DNA of 64,000 nt from Promethearchaeota archaeon (GCA_019058365.1 JAHPZE010000004.1:96001-160000), one strand, 5' to 3'; numbered from the stretch's first letter, positions 10,778 to 21,907 are shown. A program made the numbers and translations. Notes: generated by a model from the letters alone, not told the origin.

Positions 10778-11407
10778 ATGAAAATAAAATATTTTTCACA
10801 ATTGTGGTATTCCGAAGATGAAACACTATGGAAATATTATTTAGAGCAATATAAAAAGCGAATCAATAAATCAAATCAAATTAAATTTGATAGATACTTG
10901 GAAAAATTAGAAGAAGAGATGTTAGAGAAATTTTCGCCTGAAAAATGGTATGATTTTCTATTAAATTTCTATTTCAAGTGGAAATATACTCAAGTGAATC
11001 GATATATAAGTCTAACAAATCATATTAAAAAATATAAGCGAGAAAATAATTTAGAAGAACTTAATGCTATAAAAACTGAGTTTTTACTTGCTGATAAAAC
11101 TAAATTAAAAGAATCACTTGAAATATTATGTAAAATACATGGATTAGGTCCGTCGGGAGCTTCAGGATTATTAGCTTTATTATACCCAACACTCTATGGG
11201 ACGATTGATCAATTTGTTATTAAGTCATTACAACAACTTGATGATTTTCCAGAGCTCAAATTCATCAATCCAGATAATCCGAGTGTTGAAGTAGTTGTTT
11301 TCATTATTGAAAAACTACAAAAAAAGGCAGAGGATATGAATAGATTGTTTAAGACCAATTTTTGGACACCTAGAAAATTAGATAAGGTAATGTGGGCATC
11401 CAGATAA
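10778..11407 (+). CDS. helix-hairpin-helix (DNA glycosylase-like) hypothetical protein
   Basis: KIHGLGPSGASGLL HhH motif followed by TID; C-terminal RKLDKVMW. Confidence 0.55.
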   Translation: MKIKYFSQLWYSEDETLWKYYLEQYKKRINKSNQIKFDRYLEKLEEEMLEKFSPEKWYDFLLNFYFKWKYTQVNRYISLTNHIKKYKRENNLEELNAIKTEFLLADKTKLKESLEILCKIHGLGPSGASGLLALLYPTLYGTIDQFVIKSLQQLDDFPELKFINPDNPSVEVVVFIIEKLQKKAEDMNRLFKTNFWTPRKLDKVMWASR

Positions 11408-11517
11408 TTAATTTTTAGCATGAAATTCTTTATTTAGAAATTAGAATAGAATTTATAATTAATTCCGGTGGGAATAACGAAAAGACTTTTTTTAATTTTA
11501 AAAAAGCTGCTGGAAGT

Positions 11518-11706
11518 ATGATATTTCAGGGTTATTTCTGGAAATTATCTAATAATAAACCTTATCAATTTCAAATGAATAATGTAAGAGATAACGCAAT
11601 GTATAGCTCAAAAAAAATGAGTCCTCCAAACCTATCACCTGAAATAAGAAAAGAGAAACTGAAAAAAGGTCTTAATATTTTAGAAGAATTTCTTGAATTA
11701 ATTTGA
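11518..11706 (+). pseudogene. probable gene remnant
   Basis: 62-aa ORF with coding-like but interrupted upstream sequence, inside an accessory island. Confidence 0.3.
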
Positions 11707-11761
11707 AAGACCGTAGGATAAGCCATTAATTATAAAGGATATGTTTGGTTAGCTTTACAAA

Positions 11762-11854
11762 TAATTAGAAATAAAATAAAAAACCTATATAATTTATCCC
11801 CTTTTGACTTTTAGCAAAATTTAAGATGTTCTAAAAACATCGGTTGATGACTTG
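11762..11854 (-). repeat. second orphan, more diverged copy of the actin 3' end (QVINRCF*) plus terminator region
   Basis: 11831-11854 minus strand CAA GTC ATC AAC CGA TGT TTT TAG vs actin QVIHRCF*; same 29-nt spacing to the GGG..AAAT/T-tract motif. Confidence 0.8.
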
Positions 11855-11860
11855 ATAAAT

Positions 11861-14800
11861 TTAAAAACAATCTAAAACAATCTGGACATCATCATAATCG
11901 TTCTTTTTCAAATCTTCTTCTTTAATGTAAAAATGAAGTCTCCCCCCACCACCCCATCTCCAATTAAGTTGCTCATCATCTCCTAATTGAAGAAGATGAA
12001 TTTGATTAAGGAAAAATGGACCCTCTTGAATCATATCAGCATAGCCAAATAATGCATGATTACTAAACATATGATTATATTCTAAAATTTTACTTCGAAT
12101 TTTTGAATAATTTCCATCAAAAATAGATTCTTCATTACAAGTAAACTTATCTCCTTTCATGAAAAGCAACAATTGAATAGAATCGGAGGGTAGATGGATA
12201 TCAGGATAAAAAGAAATATAACATGTAGGAAATGTATAATTTTTGTTTGATGAAGGATTGTGAGTTTTAAGTAAAACCGATTTATCAACGGCATAATATA
12301 TAACCCTCCATGCACCCTTATTTTTCGGATATTCAATTCCCCAATCTTCTTGTAAAGGATCATAAAAGAAGTAAAGAAATCCCGTATGTGAATGAAATTT
12401 ACTACATTCAAAATCTTTTAAATCTTCTAAATTTAATTGCATTAAAAAACTTAAAGGTCGGTTTTTCCAATAAGGCCACTCGAACTCTGGGGGTACATCT
12501 GGATTTCCACCTAATTTTGAAAATCCTATATTCCGCGGTGATTCTTTCCCAACATAAAGTTTATCTATTAATAACCTCCATTTAACTGCACTCATTATTT
12601 CGTCTTCATAACTACTAAGTTTATTTTTTTTTAATATAGCTCGAAATTTTTCTTTCCAATTTTTTTCATTTCCAGAGGTTTTATATTTTGTAATTTTCAT
12701 TAATGCTGTCTTATTTATTAAATCTGAATCACTACCAATTGTTAATTCTACAGGTAAACTATATATATTCATAGGAGGAATCAATAATGAGTGATTACCT
12801 CCTATATCTAGAAATTTTAATGATTTAAGGTTGTTTGTCGATTCAGGAAGTGAAGTTAATTTATTATCAAATAAATCTAATCTTTCAAGTAAATTTAAAT
12901 TACCAATAGTGTCAGGTAGAGATGTTAAATTGCAATGAGTTAAATCGAGGGCATTTAAGTAAACTAAATTTCCAATTGATTCAGGAAGATAAGAAATATT
13001 ACTGTATCCTAACCAAAGTCTTACAACATGGTTGTTTTTAACTTTGTAAGCATTAAACATCTCATCATGATATCCATAATCAATGATTAGTTGTTCATAG
13101 ATTAGAGCTTGTAGATCTTTAAGAGCTTGAGCTTCAGGAATGGGAAGTGTTTTCTGAAAAAAATTAAAAATAAATTTATCTATTCGATTTCCAAATCCGT
13201 GATATTCGTATCCTTTAAGTCTAATACTTGTGAATATCTGTTTTAATAAATCCAATTGTTGATCTGCGAGTAGTTCAAATAAATCTTCGACTGTTAATAG
13301 AGCTAACCAACCATAAACTTTGATATTAACTATCTCATTATAATCTTGACTCTCAATGAAAGTTCTAATTAGTTTTTGAACAGGATGAGATATACTCATA
13401 CCAATTTTTATCATAAATGCTTCAACTAGGTCCCAAGGATTCTCAAATATTTCAGAATGGAAAATTGTGTAATAGAAATTTCTAATAAATTTTATCATTA
13501 AATCTTCAGAAAGTTTAAAAAGATCTTCTTTTTCTAAATAGTGATATAATTTTAGCCATACCAAGCTTTCAATTTGTCTTTTTTCGCTTTTTTTTAATAA
13601 TTCGATAATTATTTGCTTTATAAGTTTAGAATAATTCTCTGGAAAAACAAATCTCTCAAATTCTCGTTTTTGAAGCTTTTTTACAGCTTCAGTAAACATA
13701 TCTACAGAATAAAGTTTATAATCATTCCAGATATCTTCGAAATCTTTTATATCTAAAAAGTGGAATAGCCTATTATTAAATAGAAAAATTATTTCATCAA
13801 GGTTGGATTCCTTTAAAGCATTAATTATATTTTGTTTAATACTTAAGGATTTAAGACTTTTTATCTTATCTAATTGATTTTCTTCTAATCTAATGAATTT
13901 AAGGTTTTTTAATTTAGATTTTAAATCTGGTATAAATAGGAGCTTATTTTTTCTTAAATCAAGTTCACAAAGATTATGCAAATTTCCTATAGAACTAGGA
14001 ATTGTTAAAAGTCGATTAAAATCCAAATGTAATTTTTTAAGCGAACTCAAATTCCCTATTCTATCTGGAAGTTCTTCTATCTCATTAAAACTTAAATCTA
14101 ATATTTGAAGTTTCTTTAAATTCTCAATTGAAGAAGAAATTTTTACAATTCTATTTGTATTCAAATTTAATTCTTCAAGTTTGGTTAAATCACCTATCCA
14201 ATCAGGGAGAATAGAGATTTTGTTTTCACATATATTTAATTTTCTAAGATTTTTCAGATTTTTAACCCATTCCGGTACCTTTTCAATGTTATTCCATCTT
14301 AAACTTAATTCTTCAACCCAAATTAATTCACCTAACCAATCAGGAAAAATTAGACCTATCGTGGCCATAAAAGATAAACTTTTTAGATTTTTTAGATTTT
14401 TAAGTAAATTTGGGATGTTTTTTGTCTTATAACTGTAATCTAAATGTAATTCTTGAAGCCAAGTCAATTTACCGACAATCTCAGGAACCTCTGGAAGTGT
14501 TTCTAAACATAGAGATAAGGATTTAAGTTTTTTTAAATTAATTAATGAATCTGGTAATGCTTCTAATTTTTCATTATGACTTAAATCTAGTATTTTTAAA
14601 TTAACAAGATTTCCTATTGAATCTGGAAGAATCTCGAAATCATATTCTGAGTAGACTTTTAAACTTTCAAGAGATTTAATATAACCTATTTCTTTTGGTA
14701 CTTTTAATCTTCCATAACCCGAACCTACAATTCTGATTGTTAATTCTTTTAAGTCTAAAGATTTTAAATCTTCTTTATCAATAACATCAATACAATCTTC

Positions 14801-15709
14801 ATAGATTAACCAATTTATCATCTCTTCAGCCTCATCGATACTTTTTAATTTTTCTACAGAATATTGTCTTAAAATTTCTTTTGCATGAATCACTCCTCTA
14901 AATTTGAGTTCTTCTAAGAGTCGAACAGCTTCTTCAATACCAGCATTCAAAACTGGTTCATAATTAAAATCTTCAAAAATTTTATTAATTTCTCCTTCAC
15001 TTATGTTTTTAAAGTATCCATTATCTATAAGAAACCAAAAGGACGAAGGCTCTCCCAGTTTTAGTCTTCTAATTTTTTCTTTCTCTATCATCTCTCTAGC
15101 ATCTGGGTCCCCAATTTCATCAAGTTTTACTAGTATAGAATTTACCACTTCAATATTTTTCGATTTAAAAAGTGCGTTTTTTAAATTTGGATTACTATTA
15201 ATGAAAATTTGCTTTATACAATCTGAATCAAGATATAAATCAAAAAAAGTGTCTTTATTGTAAAATTTTTTATAAAGTAAAAAATCAATCAAATGTAAAC
15301 AGCCACTTTTCAATCTTTTCATTAATTCACCCTTTATAACTTTTTGAGCTATTGGATCGCCTGATATCTCTAATTTGTGTAATAATTGGAAAGCATGTTC
15401 CCCATAAATTAATCTTGTATCATAATTGTTTTTTGCCCATGGATTTAAGTTACTACATAATTTTTCATACCAATATTCAGGGATAAATGATCTTCTTTTA
15501 ACTAATCGTCTTTCTTCTTTTTCCTTTTCATCAATTTTTTCGAGAGCATCATCTATAGAATCAACATTATAAGAAGATTTAACTTCATCAATTGAAATAT
15601 CCATATATTTAAAACTACGCATTTTATATTGTTCTTTTTTAATATAAATCACTGGTTTATTATCTTCTAATTTCACAGTAAGAAATTCATTAATATTGCA
15701 TTCCTTCAA
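11861..15709 (-). CDS. large LRR protein with C-terminal YwqG/DUF1963 domain
   Basis: Plant-like LRRs (LPxSIGNLxxL); C-terminal SKLGGNPDVP..EWP, LYFFYD, WGGGGRLHFYI. Confidence 0.85.
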   Translation of the reverse strand: MKECNINEFLTVKLEDNKPVIYIKKEQYKMRSFKYMDISIDEVKSSYNVDSIDDALEKIDEKEKEERRLVKRRSFIPEYWYEKLCSNLNPWAKNNYDTRLIYGEHAFQLLHKLEISGDPIAQKVIKGELMKRLKSGCLHLIDFLLYKKFYNKDTFFDLYLDSDCIKQIFINSNPNLKNALFKSKNIEVVNSILVKLDEIGDPDAREMIEKEKIRRLKLGEPSSFWFLIDNGYFKNISEGEINKIFEDFNYEPVLNAGIEEAVRLLEELKFRGVIHAKEILRQYSVEKLKSIDEAEEMINWLIYEDCIDVIDKEDLKSLDLKELTIRIVGSGYGRLKVPKEIGYIKSLESLKVYSEYDFEILPDSIGNLVNLKILDLSHNEKLEALPDSLINLKKLKSLSLCLETLPEVPEIVGKLTWLQELHLDYSYKTKNIPNLLKNLKNLKSLSFMATIGLIFPDWLGELIWVEELSLRWNNIEKVPEWVKNLKNLRKLNICENKISILPDWIGDLTKLEELNLNTNRIVKISSSIENLKKLQILDLSFNEIEELPDRIGNLSSLKKLHLDFNRLLTIPSSIGNLHNLCELDLRKNKLLFIPDLKSKLKNLKFIRLEENQLDKIKSLKSLSIKQNIINALKESNLDEIIFLFNNRLFHFLDIKDFEDIWNDYKLYSVDMFTEAVKKLQKREFERFVFPENYSKLIKQIIIELLKKSEKRQIESLVWLKLYHYLEKEDLFKLSEDLMIKFIRNFYYTIFHSEIFENPWDLVEAFMIKIGMSISHPVQKLIRTFIESQDYNEIVNIKVYGWLALLTVEDLFELLADQQLDLLKQIFTSIRLKGYEYHGFGNRIDKFIFNFFQKTLPIPEAQALKDLQALIYEQLIIDYGYHDEMFNAYKVKNNHVVRLWLGYSNISYLPESIGNLVYLNALDLTHCNLTSLPDTIGNLNLLERLDLFDNKLTSLPESTNNLKSLKFLDIGGNHSLLIPPMNIYSLPVELTIGSDSDLINKTALMKITKYKTSGNEKNWKEKFRAILKKNKLSSYEDEIMSAVKWRLLIDKLYVGKESPRNIGFSKLGGNPDVPPEFEWPYWKNRPLSFLMQLNLEDLKDFECSKFHSHTGFLYFFYDPLQEDWGIEYPKNKGAWRVIYYAVDKSVLLKTHNPSSNKNYTFPTCYISFYPDIHLPSDSIQLLLFMKGDKFTCNEESIFDGNYSKIRSKILEYNHMFSNHALFGYADMIQEGPFFLNQIHLLQLGDDEQLNWRWGGGGRLHFYIKEEDLKKNDYDDVQIVLDCF

Positions 15710-15889
15710 ATCTAATTCTGACCCTTTTTATATTATAATTCTTGTCTTATAATTGTATATGACACTCAAAATTATAAATTATTTTGATCCTATGAGCCTT
15801 TTTAATTTTTATATTAAGGAGTTTCAAAAACCTCAAAAATGTCCCAAATTTTCATATGTATTGAAGTAAGTTAAATTCTAATTAGTAAA

Positions 15890-15935
15890 AATACAATAAA
15901 AAAAGAAAAATAAAAAACTTATAAAATTTATTCCC
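15890..15935 (-). terminator. T-rich putative terminator downstream of lokiactin
   Basis: Minus-strand oligo-T runs 30-75 nt after the stop codon; conserved in the orphan copy. Confidence 0.6.
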
Positions 15936-15964
15936 GTTTAATTTGGGTTAATCTTCTTTGCGGA

Positions 15965-17110
15965 TTAGAAGCATCGGTGAATCACTTGTGGACCCATTTC
16001 CTTGTATTCTCTGCGTGTAACCCACATACGATGGAACGTTTTGAGGGACGAGAGAATGCTTCCACCAATCCATACTGAGTACATACGCTCTGGAGGTGCG
16101 ATAATCTTTACATCAACACTTTCAGGAATTTGCTCCTTAATTTCCTTAGTCAACCTTTCTTTGATACCAGGAAACATTGTGGAACCACCAGAAAGCACGA
16201 TATTGCTGTATAAATCTCTTCGAAGATCAACATCACATTCTGAAATGGCACCTACTATAACATCATCAAGAGGTTCTAATTCTTTACCAATTACACTCGG
16301 ATTAAAGAAACATTCAGGAGCAAGGAATCTTTCGACACCAACATTTATAGTTTCTCCATCAGGAAGCATATAGCTCTTTTCCATCCCAGCTACTTTCTTA
16401 GAAAGCATCATTTCTTTTTCAGGATCAATTGCCACATAGCATAATTTTTCCTTGATATCTCGAACTATTTCTTTTTCTGCTGATGTTGTAAAAGAATATC
16501 CCTTTTGTCGAAGAAGTCTCTGCAAATAGGTTGTAATATCTCGGCCTGCTAGATCGATTCTTTGGATAGCATGGCTTAAGGCGAATCCCTCGAAAATTGG
16601 TACAACGTGGGAAACTCCATCACCAATATCTATAACACATCCGGTAGTACGACCAGAAGCATAAAGACTCAATACTGCTTGCATTGCTACATAAAGAGCA
16701 GGGGTATTGAAAGTCTCAAACATAATTTCAGCCATTTTTTCACGGTTTGGACGTGGATTTAATGGTGCTTCAGTCAAAAGAACCGGGTGTTCACTTGGAT
16801 CGATACGCAAGTCAGTATAAAAAGTGTAGTGCCAGATTTTCTCCATTGCAGTCCAGTCTTCAATGATACCATGTTCAACAGGGAACATTAACTTTAAAAC
16901 GCCCTTTAATTGCATAGCTTCCTCACCAATATAGTACTCCCGAGTATAGTGCTCAACATCAGTCATGATACTTTCATACTTAGGATAACCAATTAGTGTA
17001 GGGAAAACTGACCTTGGTTGATCCTCACCAGCAAATCCATTCTTGGAGATTCCGGTACCATTGTCAACAACCAGGGCTTTTGCATTCAAAAAGCTTTCTT
17101 CCTCTGCCAT
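15965..17110 (-). CDS. lokiactin (bona fide actin homologue)
   Basis: [52 protein letters not shown]-terminal HRCF. Confidence 0.97.
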   Translation of the reverse strand: MAEEESFLNAKALVVDNGTGISKNGFAGEDQPRSVFPTLIGYPKYESIMTDVEHYTREYYIGEEAMQLKGVLKLMFPVEHGIIEDWTAMEKIWHYTFYTDLRIDPSEHPVLLTEAPLNPRPNREKMAEIMFETFNTPALYVAMQAVLSLYASGRTTGCVIDIGDGVSHVVPIFEGFALSHAIQRIDLAGRDITTYLQRLLRQKGYSFTTSAEKEIVRDIKEKLCYVAIDPEKEMMLSKKVAGMEKSYMLPDGETINVGVERFLAPECFFNPSVIGKELEPLDDVIVGAISECDVDLRRDLYSNIVLSGGSTMFPGIKERLTKEIKEQIPESVDVKIIAPPERMYSVWIGGSILSSLKTFHRMWVTRREYKEMGPQVIHRCF

Positions 17111-17572
17111 ATTTCTAATTCAGCTCTTAATTTTAATTATTTTTTTTATTCGGTTAATTTCTTCGATTATTTTAATTTAAATATTTTCTTAAAAAACTTA
17201 TTGCTAATTTTTTCTTATTATTTATCTTTAAATTGATAAATTTCAAGATTAAAATTAACATAATAATAAAGAAACTTCTTTATAAATTTTTTGAATACAA
17301 AACAAAAAATCATTATAAATGTATGTAAAATCGCTTTTAAGTATATGTACAAATTTGGTTATTTTTCAGTCGTTTAGAACAACAAATTTCAAGTTCAATT
17401 TCAATTAGTTAATTTTGTCATCGTAGTTTTGAAAACAAAAATAGAAGATATAGTAAATTTTCTACTGAAAAATCGATAATAAACTTATTATTGATGAAAG
17501 ATCTAAATATTACATGATAATAAAGAGGGGTTTCCCATTTTATATAAATTTAGTTAAAAAGTAGTTATAAAT

Positions 17573-18547
17573 ATGCCTGAAAGTGGAACAATATTATATG
17601 ATTTAAACAAGGTTTTTATTCCTTGTCGAACAGTGTTAGAAATGGAAGCCCTAACTTCTCTTTTTCTAGAATATTATAATTATGATGAAATCAAGGAATT
17701 ACCACAAAGTCAACCATCAAGTGAAAAATTAATAGAAAAATTTCACGTGATAGATTGCGAACCCCTTGAACATATCATTGAATATTTTATCGAAGTCATC
17801 GTAAGTAAACTAAAACCAATTGTTATGTATGCCAGAGAACATCACGATAGATTTAGGATGGGAAATGTGGAGGCATATACAAAGACAAGATTATGTTTAT
17901 TTTTAGCCTTACATCGATTAAAGGTGAAGTTCTTAGTTATTAAGAATTTTATGGATAAATTTAAAGAGAAAAATTTCAACTTAGATGCCTCTGAAGACCA
18001 AAAGTACTTAGGAGCACATACATTTCTTTCTGCTTTTTATGAGTATTATTATGAGAAGAATAAAATGAATCTTAAACTAATGCTATCTTCAAAGAGGATG
18101 TCAGAGAGAGTAAGTGAATTAATGGATACTTCTAAAACTATAACAAATGAAGATATTATCAACGCAATTACTTTTAAAAAGTTCCTCGACGATAAGAATA
18201 GGATCAAATTTATTATGAAAGAGATAAAAGCCTCTTTATTTGTTTGTAGAATAATGTTTGCACAAATGGATGTGTATAATCCCTTTACGATAGCAGGGGA
18301 AGCAATGATTGATGCAGAGGAGATGATGATTAGCCAAGATTTCATTCCAGAATTAATTCCAGCAATCTCACAATGGTATGCTGAAAAACATATGTCGCAA
18401 CTGGAAGATTGTTTTAGAGCCTATGAATTTATGATGCATAGAGTCTTAGAGGGTATAAATTATGCTGTTAAAATAGCTTCGGGAGGACAAATTGACCTTG
18501 AATTAGATAGTGCTATCTATAACACTGGAAATATCTTTGAGCTATAA
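17573..18547 (+). CDS. hypothetical helical protein
   Basis: 324-aa ORF with normal composition, divergent from actin. Confidence 0.75.
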   Translation: MPESGTILYDLNKVFIPCRTVLEMEALTSLFLEYYNYDEIKELPQSQPSSEKLIEKFHVIDCEPLEHIIEYFIEVIVSKLKPIVMYAREHHDRFRMGNVEAYTKTRLCLFLALHRLKVKFLVIKNFMDKFKEKNFNLDASEDQKYLGAHTFLSAFYEYYYEKNKMNLKLMLSSKRMSERVSELMDTSKTITNEDIINAITFKKFLDDKNRIKFIMKEIKASLFVCRIMFAQMDVYNPFTIAGEAMIDAEEMMISQDFIPELIPAISQWYAEKHMSQLEDCFRAYEFMMHRVLEGINYAVKIASGGQIDLELDSAIYNTGNIFEL

Positions 18548-18645
18548 TTTTAAATATCGAACTTAAAAATTGGACTCGAAATATCATATATAACTGAGAC
18601 TTTATTTTTAATTCAATAAAAAAAGGATTAAGAATATTTGTTAAC

Positions 18646-18795
18646 ATGAAGACTGAAACATTAGAAATGAAGCGTGAAGTTTGGGAATATTTCAGACAAT
18701 ATAGGCAAGCACCTATAAAAAAACGATATTTAGAAAAACAAAATGCCCTTGATATGAATCTGGTAACAAAGCAATATAAAAAAAGTGATATTTAA
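18646..18795 (+). CDS. possible 49-aa small protein (not in ORF track)
   Basis: ATG...TAA, MKTETLEMKREVWEYF..., fills an intergenic gap. Confidence 0.3.
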   Translation: MKTETLEMKREVWEYFRQYRQAPIKKRYLEKQNALDMNLVTKQYKKSDI

Positions 18796-18839
18796 AAAAA
18801 AAACGCTTTAATCCAAGTACAACTGAAAATTTTAGAGTT

Positions 18840-19949
18840 CTATTTATTCTTTAAGGTATGTTCTGCCCTTTCAATTTTCTTATTACTCCATTCCTTTACT
18901 TTAGCCAACATTTCCATTTTATTATTTGGTCTATTTAATTCAATTGGTTCTTTTATGTATCCTTTATTTAAGGCATTATTATAAACTTTTTCACCAATTT
19001 TTGTCCTAATTATTGCAGTTGTTAATTTTTCTGGTGAACCAAGACCACCAAAAGAAATATCCGCATAAATATTGGAAAAATCAGGACATGCATAACAAGC
19101 CGGTCGTCCAATGTCGTGTAAATCTGAAAATGGAATGTTCAAATTAGTCCCATTTTTAAAGTATAATATAAGCTCTTCTCGCACGTTCATACTTTCAACA
19201 TCTTCAAATGAAAAATTGAATTTTTTTTCTAGGTTTTTCCTATCTTCATCATTGAATGAGAAGTTCAGATAACAAAACAGACCAAATGTGTACTTAACAA
19301 TATGTGCGGGTAGAATACTTAATTCTTGCATTTTTCTAATTGAATTAATTTGACATGGAGTACCGACAACAGCTACATTTAATAAATCAGAACTCCTGAC
19401 TTTTTTCAACGCTATATTAGAAGCTATGAAGGTATTATATTTTTCTAGTCCCACTACTTGGCTAGAAAAGTCAAAATGAGAACCAGCAGCTTCAATTAAA
19501 TCTTCTTTATTTGTTGCTAAAAATGAAGTGCGATTAAAAGGGCCTTTCCTTTTACAGACAATTGCTCCATCAATTAATTTATTTTCTAATAAATAATTTA
19601 AAATTGCTGTAACCACACCACCATCAGTTGCTCTTTTTCTAATTTCTTCAGAGGAAGCATGACAAGAAGCTATTTTTAGCTGATTTCCTATAGGAGCATC
19701 ATAACTAAATTTTTTATTTAATTGATCATTAAGTACATGAGTTTGAGGACATATAAAATAACAAATACCACACTTAAGGCATTTGTCTTTGTTTATGTAT
19801 TTGGGGGGTCCTGATTCTGACATTTCAATAGCTTTAATTTCACCAGCTGAACAAAAACTAACACACCCACCACATTCTCCACATAATCCTTTTTCATGAA
19901 CTTCTATTATCAAATCCTCAAATGTTTTTGAGACTTTACTAGTAGCCAA
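18840..19949 (-). CDS. FrhB/FdhB family F420-binding subunit with N-terminal ferredoxin
   Basis: Two CxxCxxCxxxC motifs; DGGVVT, VGTPCQ, GLFC, ADISFG. Confidence 0.9.
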   Translation of the reverse strand: MATSKVSKTFEDLIIEVHEKGLCGECGGCVSFCSAGEIKAIEMSESGPPKYINKDKCLKCGICYFICPQTHVLNDQLNKKFSYDAPIGNQLKIASCHASSEEIRKRATDGGVVTAILNYLLENKLIDGAIVCKRKGPFNRTSFLATNKEDLIEAAGSHFDFSSQVVGLEKYNTFIASNIALKKVRSSDLLNVAVVGTPCQINSIRKMQELSILPAHIVKYTFGLFCYLNFSFNDEDRKNLEKKFNFSFEDVESMNVREELILYFKNGTNLNIPFSDLHDIGRPACYACPDFSNIYADISFGGLGSPEKLTTAIIRTKIGEKVYNNALNKGYIKEPIELNRPNNKMEMLAKVKEWSNKKIERAEHTLKNK

Positions 19950-19997
19950 TTTTTTTTCACCTATTATTGGTTAATTTTAAAAATTTATATTTTTTAT

Positions 19998-20837
19998 TTA
20001 ATATTCATTTGGCATTTTTTTAAGTTCAGCAAGAGAAAAGACGGGACCATCAGCGCACACAAATTTATTTCCTATATTACATCTTCCACATTTCCCAATT
20101 CCGCACTTCATTCGCATTTCTAAACTATTTAGGATTTGTTCATCTTTCCAATTTAATTCTTCCATAACTGCGATCGATGTTTTAATCATTATTGGTGGTC
20201 CACAGATAACAGCGACAGCGTTATCAGAACTTGGAGCAACTTTTTTAACTATGGGTGCAACAAATCCTACATCTTCAGTCCATCCTTCTGCTTCACGATC
20301 AATAGTTAAAACTACCTTAATATCATCTCGTTTCTTCCATTCATCTAAAATATCTCGATACAATACTTCTCCAGGATCACGATTTCCATAAATTACTGTT
20401 ATATCACCATAATCTTTTCGATTTTTTTCATCTAGTAAATAAATTACTAGTGATCTTAGAGTTGAGAATGCAAATCCTCCTCCAATGACCACAATATTCT
20501 TGCCTTTCATATCTTCGACTGGCCAACCATTTCCACAAGGACCTCTCACACCTATCGTATCTCCAATTTCACAATTATGAAAACTACTAGTTACGGTTCC
20601 CATCTTTTTAATTGTAAATTTGATAGTACCTTCTTCTGTGGGTGATGAAGCGATCCCTATTGGACATTCTCCTTTCCCTATTAAACTAATTTCGGCAAAT
20701 TGTCCTGGTATATAGTTAAATTTCTCGTAATCTTCTTCCTTTTTAAATTCTAATTCGATAGTTTTAATATCATTTACTTTATTTTCAGAAACTATCGATT
20801 TAACTTTAGTAAGATACGGAATATAAGGATTAGGCAA
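19998..20837 (-). CDS. FAD/NAD(P)-binding oxidoreductase, FlxA/AsrB-like
   Basis: PGQF, RGPCGNG, CGPPIM, MKCGIGKCGRC 2Fe-2S motif. Confidence 0.9.
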   Translation of the reverse strand: MPNPYIPYLTKVKSIVSENKVNDIKTIELEFKKEEDYEKFNYIPGQFAEISLIGKGECPIGIASSPTEEGTIKFTIKKMGTVTSSFHNCEIGDTIGVRGPCGNGWPVEDMKGKNIVVIGGGFAFSTLRSLVIYLLDEKNRKDYGDITVIYGNRDPGEVLYRDILDEWKKRDDIKVVLTIDREAEGWTEDVGFVAPIVKKVAPSSDNAVAVICGPPIMIKTSIAVMEELNWKDEQILNSLEMRMKCGIGKCGRCNIGNKFVCADGPVFSLAELKKMPNEY

Positions 20838-21891
20838 CTATTTTCTCATCCTCCTTTTTTTCTATATTTATTATTTTATTTAATATTACTCGAAGGTCAT
20901 TATTAGCAGGACATACAATAACGCATCTACCACAACCAACACATCCCAATAAATCATAATTTGTGGGATAATAACTGAATTTATGCATAATTCGATTTCG
21001 ACACCGTTGGATTTTTGTATCTCTAGGATTATGACCACTTGTTTCCATTGTATAAAGACACGATTGGCAGGTATCCCATATTCTAATTCTTCTACCACGA
21101 TTATTATATTGATCAGTTTCATCAATCACATCAAAACACGTACAAGTTGGGCATAAATAGGCACAAGAACCACATCCTATACATGCTTCACTAATTTCAT
21201 CCCATACAGGATCTTCAAAACACGTTGATAAATTCTCAACAACTTTATCAACATCGATTTTTGTAGTAATTAATTCTTCTGCTTTTTTGGCCAATTCCTC
21301 AGCTTTTTTCAGATCATTTTTGGTCGCAGCAGAAAGCCATGACAACTTCTGAATTACAGCTTTCCCTTTATCGCTGATTCCTTCAACTAAATAAGTCTCT
21401 CCTAAATCAGTTAGAAATACGTCCATATTCTCTTTATTGAAAGGATTTCCACCAACAGATGTACAAAAACAAGTTGTTCTTGGAGTGTTACAGCCGATTC
21501 CGATAATTAAAGCATTTTCTTTTTTTTTTAGATAGATTTCATCTTCCACGTTTCCATGAAATGAAAAGAATTTTGCCATTAATTCAAAACTATACGCATC
21601 GCATGGACGGATGCCAAATATTAAGATTTTTTGATCTAGATCTTGTCTATCAGTAATTTCAACATTCTTCTCATCTAAAGTGTATTCAAATAACACTTCT
21701 TCTTGAGGAAATAAAACTGATTTCGGTGGAATTTTAGAATTCAAATAATCTAAAACTATATCTTCTGGCTTTTCAATTTTTTCGAAAACGATATTTCCCT
21801 TCTTGTTAATAGGAGCATAAAAATCATACTCTCCTACAACTTCATTATATAATTTTCCAATTTGATCCTTTTTTAATATTTTCTGATCCAT
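20830..21891 (-). CDS. 4Fe-4S protein, FlxB/AsrA-like
   Basis: GIRPCD, CFCTS, CIGCGSCAYLCPTCTCF, CVGCGRCVIVCP. Confidence 0.9.
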   Translation of the reverse strand: MDQKILKKDQIGKLYNEVVGEYDFYAPINKKGNIVFEKIEKPEDIVLDYLNSKIPPKSVLFPQEEVLFEYTLDEKNVEITDRQDLDQKILIFGIRPCDAYSFELMAKFFSFHGNVEDEIYLKKKENALIIGIGCNTPRTTCFCTSVGGNPFNKENMDVFLTDLGETYLVEGISDKGKAVIQKLSWLSAATKNDLKKAEELAKKAEELITTKIDVDKVVENLSTCFEDPVWDEISEACIGCGSCAYLCPTCTCFDVIDETDQYNNRGRRIRIWDTCQSCLYTMETSGHNPRDTKIQRCRNRIMHKFSYYPTNYDLLGCVGCGRCVIVCPANNDLRVILNKIINIEKKEDEKIVA

Positions 21892-21907
21892 TTTTTAACT
21901 CACCTTT

